A DNA stretch of 64,000 nt from Bacteroidales bacterium (GTDB lineage Bacteria; Bacteroidota; Bacteroidia; Bacteroidales; UBA932). The notes beneath the pieces were generated by a model. It did not search any database, was not told the DNA's origin, and saw nothing but the letters and a program-made list of their open reading frames with translations. The stretch covers positions 8,035-72,034 of the forward strand of contig JAFUVU010000016.1 in the NCBI GenBank assembly GCA_017477465.1, written 5' to 3'. A program made the position numbers and the translations under genes. Positions 40,419-48,735 of the stretch are shown piece after piece; position 1 is the stretch's first letter; each line of letters opens with the position of its first letter.

Positions 40419-42515
40419 TTACTTTATTTCTTGGACACAACGTATATTGAAAGCGTAAGCACCGCCCCAGTAACCCCAGGAGGAGCTGTCGTTATCGATG
40501 TAGGGCGAATTGCGCTGCAGACGCTGGCGCACGGGATATAAAGAACTGTCTTTCCCGTATCCGGCACTCCAGAAATGGCCAAGGGTTCCGACATATGAGA
40601 AAGCTCCGGTTTTCGGGTCCAGGCGGCCCGGCATAGGATACCAGGTAGTGTGGGTGCCGTCATATTTGTAAGTAGCCCCTATAGGTTTCAGTCCACTGCC
40701 GTATTTGAGAGCATTCCACATATCCTGAGGGGAGACCATCCACCCCGGAGGACAAGGATCGTAAACAGTCTTCTGAGGCGTAGAAGGCGATGCCGATGTG
40801 TAATCATGTCCTTTGGGATGGCCCCAGAGATAATAGCCCCTGGTAGATACATCCGTTCCGTATTTGAGGAACCAGTCGTTAGGAGTTCCCGTTGTGTGGA
40901 GATGGGTCATGGGATGCGCCGCCGCATATTCGATGGTTCCGGTGGTGGAAGTCGCTTCTTCCGGTTCAGGACGTGTAATTTCATTGCCGTCCTTGTCATA
41001 CATCTGGGCGAATAAAGTATTTTCAGCGTCGGATAATCCTCTTACGCCAACCAGCGGATCCTTTCGGCCATACTGGTAGAACAGGCCGATGGTACGCTTC
41101 TGCAAGGCATCATCCTTGACGACGGCCGATGAAGCATAAGTGGCGCCCAGGTTCCTGTCCATCACTACGTAGGAGTTGTTGGGAGAAACGTAAAGCTGAG
41201 CCGCACCAAGCTCGGTGCACCAGATATGCCAGCTCCAGATTATGTTTCCGCCATCATCCTTTGCCGCAATGACTGCGTTGCCGGGCTCTGCATCGGCCGC
41301 GCGTGTGAAGCTGATTTTGCCGGCCGACAGACTCACATCCGATATGATGCCGGGAGCGCTCTGCCAAAGAAGTTCTGCCGATGCAGGGGCGAGGGCCGGA
41401 TTATCCGTGTGGAAAAGAGTCGTGGCGAGGGGCAGAAGAATGCCTTCCTGACCGTTTCCGATAACGCTTGCGTCAAAACTGTACTCTCCGGGGGCCGATA
41501 CCACATAGCAGTTGGAAGTACCGTCCGCACTGAGGTCAACAGCTCCGGCAGGATGATAGGCCCAGCCGCTCTCATCGGCCGACGGAATCTCCTCGGTGAA
41601 GCGGTGGACCGAACCTTTTGTGAAGGCCATGGATTCCTCGGAAAGGGTTTTGGTATGCGTGACGACACGCACTCCGGTGCTGCTTTCAAGTGTATAGGTA
41701 AACTTCAGCGTCTTTGCTGCCATCTCGGCCGGGAAGACTACCAGATAGGCATCTTTGTAGCTTCCCTGTTCGAGGGTTATGCCTTCAGGGATATCGAGTG
41801 TGACGGTGTTCGCCCCTTCGGACAGGGTGAGAACTCCGGTAGAAGGCACATAAGTGGTCTGTCCGCAGATATCTTCCGGAGCCGTGAGCTTTATGCTGCG
41901 CACCTTCCAGCCGTCAAGGGCAGCGTCGGCCGATGCAAGGCGCAGCCAGACGTACGATGTCTTATGGGCAAGGGAGAATACCAGTTCGGGGGTATAGTCC
42001 TCTTCCAATGTGGCGGGAGTTGAAAAACTTGCACTGGCTACGGCAAAGCCTCCCGACACGCCCAGATGGCGGCTGTCCCCAGCCGCGGCCTGAATCTGCA
42101 CGGAAGGGATCCTGTACTTCAGGGATGCCCTGGAGCCGGATTCGGCCGTATAAGGATACGCAATAAGGATGTCGTAGTTCTTGCCGGCCTCTACGGTCAT
42201 CGAGCTTTTGAAATAGCCTTTGTTGTAACCGGGACCGGTTCCATCGACAATGCTTTGGACGATGGCGCTGATGTTTTGCTGCCCGGAGGCCGCCTCACCG
42301 TCCACATTCACAAACAGTCCAAGCTTGTCGCCTCCTTTCCAGAGGAAGGGCACAATCCCGCCGCTTTCCTCGCCGATGGAGGTTTTGGTGGGAAGGGCAG
42401 CATCTCCTACGAGCACAAGCTGAGGACCTTCGTCGGGCTTCTCAATAACAGTTTCCTTGGCGCAGGAAGCTGCCACGAGAAGGGTCAAACAGATGAGTGG
42501 TATTAATTTTTTCAT
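40419..42515 (-). CDS. Fimbrillin-like lipoprotein (subtype B) with a C-terminal FISUMP/DUF4906-like domain; paralog of 36045..38141
   Basis: Lipobox AASC; PTKTSIG...FLWKGGDKLG; TSNCYVV, WSWHIW, YDPCPPGW, IRCVQE. Confidence 0.78.
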   Translation of the reverse strand: MKKLIPLICLTLLVAASCAKETVIEKPDEGPQLVLVGDAALPTKTSIGEESGGIVPFLWKGGDKLGLFVNVDGEAASGQQNISAIVQSIVDGTGPGYNKGYFKSSMTVEAGKNYDILIAYPYTAESGSRASLKYRIPSVQIQAAAGDSRHLGVSGGFAVASASFSTPATLEEDYTPELVFSLAHKTSYVWLRLASADAALDGWKVRSIKLTAPEDICGQTTYVPSTGVLTLSEGANTVTLDIPEGITLEQGSYKDAYLVVFPAEMAAKTLKFTYTLESSTGVRVVTHTKTLSEESMAFTKGSVHRFTEEIPSADESGWAYHPAGAVDLSADGTSNCYVVSAPGEYSFDASVIGNGQEGILLPLATTLFHTDNPALAPASAELLWQSAPGIISDVSLSAGKISFTRAADAEPGNAVIAAKDDGGNIIWSWHIWCTELGAAQLYVSPNNSYVVMDRNLGATYASSAVVKDDALQKRTIGLFYQYGRKDPLVGVRGLSDAENTLFAQMYDKDGNEITRPEPEEATSTTGTIEYAAAHPMTHLHTTGTPNDWFLKYGTDVSTRGYYLWGHPKGHDYTSASPSTPQKTVYDPCPPGWMVSPQDMWNALKYGSGLKPIGATYKYDGTHTTWYPMPGRLDPKTGAFSYVGTLGHFWSAGYGKDSSLYPVRQRLQRNSPYIDNDSSSWGYWGGAYAFNIRCVQEIK

Positions 42516-42534
42516 AGTGTATTAATTAACACTC

Positions 42535-42567
42535 TTTAAACGTATTAACTTTTCAGAAAGGGGAAAA
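42535..42567 (-). promoter_or_regulatory. Putative ECF promoter TTTTCCCC-N17-CGTTTAAA (leftward)
   Basis: Conserved bipartite motif upstream of ATG 42515. Confidence 0.8.
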
Positions 42568-42574
42568 GAAATAA

Positions 42575-42607
42575 TTTTCCCCCAGTGAAATAGATTAATC
42601 GTTTTAT
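42575..42607 (+). promoter_or_regulatory. Putative ECF promoter TTTTCCCC-N17-CGTTTTAT (rightward)
   Basis: Conserved bipartite motif upstream of ATG 42631. Confidence 0.8.
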
Positions 42608-42630
42608 AGTTTGGAAAAAACTTGAACAAG

Positions 42631-44691
42631 ATGAAAATGTCAACCACTTTAGCTGTAGCGGCTCTTTCCCTCGCGCTGTTCTCCTGCAAGCAGGAGATGC
42701 TGCCGAATAGCGAAATTGCCAATACAGAATCCGGCAGGACCGTGCGCTTCAGCGTACAGGCGGCAGTGCAGTCGCTGGAAGACGACAACACTAAAACCAC
42801 CTTTGACGGACAGACCCTTGTCTGGAAAGGCGACGAGACCATGGACGTCATGTTTGGAAACTCTTCCAGCAAACAGAGCGACGCCTCCTCCTGGCAAAGC
42901 GGCCTCCTCAACAATAACGGGCACAACGTCTTCACCGGCGAATTCACCCTCAATACGGACAAATTCTCGGAGGACGACATGCAGGCCGTCACCGTTCCGG
43001 GCGGGGTGGGAAGCTGCGCCGTCATGAACGGAAGCAATTTCATCTCCCAGTTTTTCATCTCCGACCATCAGGTCCAGGAGAGTGACAACGTTATGAACGG
43101 AGACAACTTCCCCCTATACGCTTTCCTCGACGATGCCGCCCGCACCGCCGCCAAACAATCCGACGGTTCCTACGTCATCAGCGGCCTGCAGATGAAATGG
43201 GGCTGCGGCGTGGTACGCTTCAACGTGTACGGCACGCACCCTTCCATGGACGCGTCAGAAAAGGTTCAGAGCGTTAAGATCTATGCCCCCTACGGCATCA
43301 CAAACAGCTCCATGATCCGCATATCGGCCGACAATTCCCTTTACAACACCAAACACCGCGTCATGCAGGTGAGCCTCTCAACGCCGGCTCCCGTCAATGG
43401 GAAAACAGCCTCCGACGGAGTGAAACTGTTCCTCGCCATCCCGGCCAGAACAGGCAACACGGCCATCGAGAAAATCGAAGTGGAAACAGACAAAGCCGTT
43501 TATATCAAAGACATCGACGCTATTAGCTGGAGTACTTCCACGAACCACCGCGGAAAAGTGTACCAGTACGGCCTCAACCTTTCCAAATTCAAGCGGATGG
43601 ACAAGGAGGACCTTAGCTACTTCAGCGGCAAAGTCCAAAGCATCATCCGCCGTGCCGAGCTCCCGTCCATGCAGGTCTGCTGGACCAAAGGTGACGATAT
43701 CATCACCCTCACGGAGGTCAATGAAGACTTCTATGCAAAAACCGGCGTCAAGGCAGAATACTATCCTCTCAGTTCCATCAGCCTGTACCAGGCCTGCTCC
43801 ATGAGTAAGCCCCCGCTTTCCTACGTTGCCATGAAACTGGTCGACGAAGGCCGCCTGGACCTTACCCAGCCCGTCTACGAGTACTACCCCGAAATGCTGA
43901 ACCTCTTTGCCGACGATGACAGCAAGGAACACGCCAAGGAAATCACGGCCTACGACATCCTCGTGCACATTACGGGCCTGGATAACAGCACCTATTCCGG
44001 CATCACCTACAGCGGAGTAACCGGCGTATACAAGTATTCCGGCCCCGCCATCCATATCCTGGACCTCGCCCTCGGGGAAATCATCGGCAAGGACCTCAAG
44101 GACTACAGCAAGGACTACATCTTTGACAAAATCGGGATGAAGCACTCCAACTACTTCTGGCAAACCGAGTACGACCTTCTCGGCGCCGTGGGACACCGCG
44201 AGGGCGAAGGCGGCACCTGGGGCCGCAGTGAAAGCTGGAGCGCCTCCAATGCTGCATACACCCTGCGCACCACCGCCGAGGAGTACACCAAGTACATCCG
44301 CTGGACCATGGCGGGAAGTGACCTTACGCCCGCGTCCCACAATCAGATTTTCACCGACTACTTTGCCACCTCGGCAGGAAAGACTTGGCAGGGCCTGATC
44401 TGGCGTCACGACACGCACAGCGTCCTCGGCGACATCTACCACCACCGCGGCAACAACGGCAACTTCAAAGGCTGGATGTGCTTCGTCCCGGACAGCGACC
44501 AGACCCTCATCTTCCTCACCAACGGCACCAACAGCTACAACTTCTACCAGCCCATGGCCAAGTTGTTCCTCGGAACCGCCATTGACATCTACGCCCTTCA
44601 GGGCGTCGGAGGAGCCCTTCCTGCAGAAGACGACGGTTCGCCCGACAGTAAAATCACCGATCCCGGCCGCAGCGGCAACACCACCTGGTAA
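42631..44691 (+). CDS. Fimbrillin-like lipoprotein (subtype A) fused to a beta-lactamase-fold serine hydrolase
   Basis: Lipobox LFSC; NTKTTFDG..W.G.E; WGCGVVRFNVYG; ACSMSK, YSG, HRG; tail ITDPGRSGNTTW. Confidence 0.8.
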   Translation: MKMSTTLAVAALSLALFSCKQEMLPNSEIANTESGRTVRFSVQAAVQSLEDDNTKTTFDGQTLVWKGDETMDVMFGNSSSKQSDASSWQSGLLNNNGHNVFTGEFTLNTDKFSEDDMQAVTVPGGVGSCAVMNGSNFISQFFISDHQVQESDNVMNGDNFPLYAFLDDAARTAAKQSDGSYVISGLQMKWGCGVVRFNVYGTHPSMDASEKVQSVKIYAPYGITNSSMIRISADNSLYNTKHRVMQVSLSTPAPVNGKTASDGVKLFLAIPARTGNTAIEKIEVETDKAVYIKDIDAISWSTSTNHRGKVYQYGLNLSKFKRMDKEDLSYFSGKVQSIIRRAELPSMQVCWTKGDDIITLTEVNEDFYAKTGVKAEYYPLSSISLYQACSMSKPPLSYVAMKLVDEGRLDLTQPVYEYYPEMLNLFADDDSKEHAKEITAYDILVHITGLDNSTYSGITYSGVTGVYKYSGPAIHILDLALGEIIGKDLKDYSKDYIFDKIGMKHSNYFWQTEYDLLGAVGHREGEGGTWGRSESWSASNAAYTLRTTAEEYTKYIRWTMAGSDLTPASHNQIFTDYFATSAGKTWQGLIWRHDTHSVLGDIYHHRGNNGNFKGWMCFVPDSDQTLIFLTNGTNSYNFYQPMAKLFLGTAIDIYALQGVGGALPAEDDGSPDSKITDPGRSGNTTW

Positions 44692-44706
44692 AAATCGAGA
44701 CGCGTT

Positions 44707-46452
44707 ATGAAAAAGACAATATACATTATTGCAGCTATCTGCTCGCTTTCATCTCTTTCGTGTTCAAAGGACTCTCCATCAAAGAAGTCCAATGTAATCC
44801 GCCTCTGCGTCCAGGCCGACAAGCAAGCCCCGGGCATAGACGACGGCACAAAAGCCTCATACAACTGGACAAGGAACGAATTCGCCTTCGAAGACGACGA
44901 CTTGATGCAGATTCTCATCGGCAAAACTTCCGGCTCTTCCGTTACCCAGCAGACTTCCGTGCGGATTCCCATGGTTGCGCCAGGCAAGTTCGTAGGAGAC
45001 ATCGACCTTGGGGACTATGAATTAAGCGATATCAGGGGCGTCGTTCTGGTGAAAGAAAGCACTCCGAGCAGTCTCTATACGCTTGGTTTCTACAATTCGA
45101 ACCTAAGCGTGACTTTCAACATGATAAAAGACCAGACGCAAAGCGCATCGAATGTATTCTCCGACGCAAGCGGACGTTTCTTCCTGTATGCTCCCGTACC
45201 GCAATCTGCCCTAAGTTATGATCCGGAGGACAACATCGCCAACATCACAAAACTTACATTCGGACTTAGTACGGCTATATGGGAGTACCATATTTTCGGC
45301 ACCGGAAGAAGTGACGAGAAGGTGGAATCCATCACTGTATCGGCAGCAGGGTCAAGTGTATCGGCAAAATATATCATGACATGCAAGCACATGATAAATG
45401 CCGGCTCCGGCGGCCATCAGGCCGTCAACGGCAACTATGCCTACACTTCCTCCGTAACGCTGGATACGCCTTTTGCCGTACCTCAGACCAGCGCCGACGC
45501 CGGAATCATCTTCCACTGCGTTTATGGCTCATCGTCCAACGCAAAGGCGCTTTCAACTGTAACAATCACCACTGACAAAGCCATTTACAAGAAGGATTTT
45601 GGCGGAGCACTCTCCCCTGCCACACAGCTTGGCATAATCAATCCGATTTACATCGACCTCTCTGCCGATGGCGGCTTCACGCGCTATTCCAAAGCATACG
45701 AAATATCCACCGACGGCGGCACCACCTGGACGGAATGGACGGGGGACCTTCCCTCCGGCACTGCATCCACCTCCCTCACGGTACGCTCCGGAGCCGTGAT
45801 TACGTCGGCCAAACTCACAGAAATCAAGAACTGGATAAACAGCCAGAGCGGCACCGTTGCCCTGGATCTTTCCGGGATCAGTTATGAAAGCGCGACATTC
45901 CCTACCATCTTCGGTAATGAAACTGCCGCGAACGCCTGCAGCAAACTCCGGTCCATCCGCTTCCCCTCCAATGTAACCGGCTTTTCTTCAGGAGCTTTCC
46001 GCAACTGTACCGGCCTTACCGACGTGGATTTCAGTAATATAACTTCCATCTCCACAGAAGGAACCGACTGCCGTACATTCCAGGGCTGCACCGCTCTTAC
46101 AGAAATCAACCTCCCGAAACTGACTACCATGGGAAGGTATACGTTCTACGGGTGTTCCAACCTGGTCAAAATCACTTTCGGCCCGAACGTCACCAAGTTC
46201 GGAGGCCGGTCCATGGAGTCGTGCCCGAAACTTGCCGACATCTTCGTTTATGCCACCACGCCTCCGTCCCAAAACGGGAACACATATTTCCTGACCAATT
46301 CTGGCTCGTCCGTGGATGCGTCCAAGAGGTTTATCCATGTTCCCGCAGGGTGCGTAGATACCTATAACAACTTCTCCTGCACATTCAGCAGCAAGGCCCT
46401 CACACCCTGGAAAGAGTCCGTAACAGGTTATACGCTGGTCGAAATTGAATAA
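44707..46452 (+). CDS. Fimbrillin-like lipoprotein (subtype C) with one LRR module
   Basis: Lipobox SLSC; GTKASYN...F.F..DD; STDGGTTW followed by BspA-like repeats. Confidence 0.78.
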   Translation: MKKTIYIIAAICSLSSLSCSKDSPSKKSNVIRLCVQADKQAPGIDDGTKASYNWTRNEFAFEDDDLMQILIGKTSGSSVTQQTSVRIPMVAPGKFVGDIDLGDYELSDIRGVVLVKESTPSSLYTLGFYNSNLSVTFNMIKDQTQSASNVFSDASGRFFLYAPVPQSALSYDPEDNIANITKLTFGLSTAIWEYHIFGTGRSDEKVESITVSAAGSSVSAKYIMTCKHMINAGSGGHQAVNGNYAYTSSVTLDTPFAVPQTSADAGIIFHCVYGSSSNAKALSTVTITTDKAIYKKDFGGALSPATQLGIINPIYIDLSADGGFTRYSKAYEISTDGGTTWTEWTGDLPSGTASTSLTVRSGAVITSAKLTEIKNWINSQSGTVALDLSGISYESATFPTIFGNETAANACSKLRSIRFPSNVTGFSSGAFRNCTGLTDVDFSNITSISTEGTDCRTFQGCTALTEINLPKLTTMGRYTFYGCSNLVKITFGPNVTKFGGRSMESCPKLADIFVYATTPPSQNGNTYFLTNSGSSVDASKRFIHVPAGCVDTYNNFSCTFSSKALTPWKESVTGYTLVEIE

Positions 46453-46473
46453 CTAATTAATAACAAATACGTT

Positions 46474-46609
46474 ATGAAAAAACAAAAACTTAAGAGGGCA
46501 CAATATACCCCCCCCCCAGACCGAAGTAGCGGCCATTTTTGAAACAGCCGTAATCTGCGCTTCTGTAGATATCAAGGATCCGGACCGCAAGAACGAAGAA
46601 GAATGGTAA
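46474..46609 (+). pseudogene. Small YxxP-leader peptide frameshifted by a C10 tract (C9 gives MKKQKLKRAQYTPPQTEVAAIFETAVICASVDIKDPDRKNEEEW)
   Basis: 136 nt from ATG to TAA (45 codons + 1). Poly-C at 46508-46517; removing one C restores the family motif. Confidence 0.72.
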
Positions 46610-46620
46610 ATCGCTGCATT

Positions 46621-48480
46621 ATGAAAAAGACTGCTCTTTTTAGTTTAGCCGCCCTGACCCTTGCCGCCACCGCCTGCTACAAACCGCTTCTGGAAGAACC
46701 CACCACCGAGGCTCCGAAGAACCTTGTCCGCATCACCGTCACCGCTGAAAAAGAAATCGGCGGCGAAGACCCCGAATCCAAAGTTACCTATAATCCTTCC
46801 AACAATAAGTTTGGATTTGATTCCGATGACAAACTCCAACTTCTGATAGGAGCCATAGCCAATAATGCTATTACCTCACAAAAAAGTGTTATTTTGGATA
46901 TGGATTCAGACCACTTGGGCACATTTACTGGAACCATTGATTTAGGGGATTATGCACTCTCCGACATCCGTGGAGCTTTCTTAGTAAAAAGCGCATATTC
47001 GAATGCTAATCTCTACATGAACGGGAAAAACTTGACAATGCGAAGCTATGTCATTAGTTCTCAGACCCAAAGTGAGGGAGACGTCTTTACTTCTGGAAAC
47101 GGGAGGGCCATTTTTTATACACATATCAAATCCGACTGGGTTCACCAACAGGATGATGAGATTACTATTGATCATTTGACATTGAAACTTGGGAGTTCCA
47201 TCTGGGAGTTTCATATTTACGGCACAGACCGCACGGGCGAAAAAATCAAATCCGTTACAGTAGCAGCCCATAGTAATACAGGAAATACAGCAAATTACAC
47301 CGGATGTCAAGAGCTTTTCTACGTTAGTAATGGCAATTTCAATACTTATGGAGGAACAAAATATTATAGTAACACCGTCACGCTCACAAATCCTGTTACA
47401 GTGGGCTCAGACGCCAATTCTTCACCATCCATCTGGTTGGGTATTGTCGGACTTGGGACCAATTTTAAAACGGGGGTAGTTACCATTGTAACGGACAAGG
47501 CCAGTTATACTAGAGATTTTAATAGTGCCGAAAAAAAGAGGGAAAAAGGAGCCGTCTATCCCATCAACATCAACATTGGATCAAGTGGCAGTTTTACCAG
47601 ACATTCTAACACTCTAGAGTATTCAACCGATGGTGGCAGCACTTGGAGTGAGAGTTTGCCTGAAGCATCCTCTACATACACCAGTTTGGCAGTCAGAGGA
47701 GCTCTTAGCGCCTCAGCCCTTACATCTCTCGCAAGTAGTCTTGGTGAACATTTTGGCTCAAAAAACACAGCAGTTGACTTGGATCTTGGTGGCTGTTGCT
47801 ATGAAAGCACCACATTCCCGGCTGCATTCGGAAACACATCTGCCGCGTCCAACATTACAAATTCCATAAAGAGCATTATTCTCCCTGTAAACATTACTAC
47901 TATTGCGACAAGCGGTTTCCGCCGCGCTTCTAATCTGGTCAGTATAAACCTCAAAAACGTACAAACAATTGGCAATTCCACTTTCAGCAATTGTAAACTC
48001 CTTGCGACTCTTTCAAATATGGAAACGCTCTCGAAGATTGGAAATACACTCTTTTATAATTGCTCGAAATTAACGGGAACCCAGACTTTTCCTGCTCTTG
48101 AGACCATTGATGATGGGGCAAACGGGACCTCAAATACGTATGGTACCTTCACCGGCATTGGTGCAACCAGAATAAACCTGCCTGCAATCAAAACCGTAGG
48201 CAAATCCGCATTCTATAATAACAGCAAGATTGTCACGATTGATTTAGGAACGAGTATTTCCACTATCAAAGATAATGCTTTCAACGGCTGCACCAAACTG
48301 GCCACTATCTACTGCCGAGCCACCACGCCTCCTACCATTGCGAATGCCAATGCATTCACCAATGCCGGAAGCAGCGTAACGGGCGACAAGATTCTCTATG
48401 TCCCTGCAGATGCCGTAGCGGCTTACCAGGAAGACGCCATATGGAGTACCATCGGCTACACTATTACGGCTATCCCGTAA
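46621..48480 (+). CDS. Fimbrillin-like lipoprotein (subtype C) with one LRR module; paralog of 44707..46452
   Basis: Lipobox ATAC; ESKVTYN...FGFDSDD; YSTDGGSTW followed by BspA-like repeats. Confidence 0.78.
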   Translation: MKKTALFSLAALTLAATACYKPLLEEPTTEAPKNLVRITVTAEKEIGGEDPESKVTYNPSNNKFGFDSDDKLQLLIGAIANNAITSQKSVILDMDSDHLGTFTGTIDLGDYALSDIRGAFLVKSAYSNANLYMNGKNLTMRSYVISSQTQSEGDVFTSGNGRAIFYTHIKSDWVHQQDDEITIDHLTLKLGSSIWEFHIYGTDRTGEKIKSVTVAAHSNTGNTANYTGCQELFYVSNGNFNTYGGTKYYSNTVTLTNPVTVGSDANSSPSIWLGIVGLGTNFKTGVVTIVTDKASYTRDFNSAEKKREKGAVYPININIGSSGSFTRHSNTLEYSTDGGSTWSESLPEASSTYTSLAVRGALSASALTSLASSLGEHFGSKNTAVDLDLGGCCYESTTFPAAFGNTSAASNITNSIKSIILPVNITTIATSGFRRASNLVSINLKNVQTIGNSTFSNCKLLATLSNMETLSKIGNTLFYNCSKLTGTQTFPALETIDDGANGTSNTYGTFTGIGATRINLPAIKTVGKSAFYNNSKIVTIDLGTSISTIKDNAFNGCTKLATIYCRATTPPTIANANAFTNAGSSVTGDKILYVPADAVAAYQEDAIWSTIGYTITAIP

Positions 48481-48526
48481 ATAAGCGTTGTACAGCAAAC
48501 GCTTTAGTATCAATATTATAAGCAAC

Positions 48527-48554
48527 TTGACCTGTGCTAATTTGCATAGGTCAA
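48527..48554. terminator. Hairpin after 46621..48480 (possible terminator)
   Basis: TTGACCTGTGC-TAATTT-GCATAGGTCAA; the T-tract is weak. Confidence 0.45.
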
Positions 48555-48652
48555 ATTGTCTAAATTACTGAGAATCAGGCAATTCCCGCACAACGCTTAT
48601 ACGCAGCCACGGCGTCTAAACTCAGGTGCAAAGCCCGCAAACCTATTCCTGC

Positions 48653-48685
48653 TTTTAACCTTTGCCAAAGCTTTGTCCGTTAACT
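48653..48685 (+). promoter_or_regulatory. Degenerate ECF promoter TTTTAACC-N17-CGTTAACT
   Basis: Same spacing and -10 as the six strong copies; its spacer resembles that of the 50728 copy. Confidence 0.5.
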
Positions 48686-48735
48686 ATAAGCGATGGGGCG
48701 TTGACGCGCTTATCCGACACATAATTGACACGTCT

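Noticed and set aside
36045-42515. Diversity-generating retroelement targets (FISUMP-like C-termini ending [VI]RC[IV]QE)
   Set aside because: No reverse transcriptase and no non-coding template repeat differing only at adenines was seen in the window.
42560-42582. Invertible promoter switch
   Set aside because: The inverted pair is the two -35 elements themselves, with only 7 bp between them, and no recombinase is nearby.
48556-48735. N-terminal extension of the GH106-like ORF from the TTG at 48556 (similarly 24143 and 38422)
   Set aside because: Signal peptides or family motifs start at downstream ATGs (48736, 24059, 38308), and the extensions overlap promoters or upstream genes.
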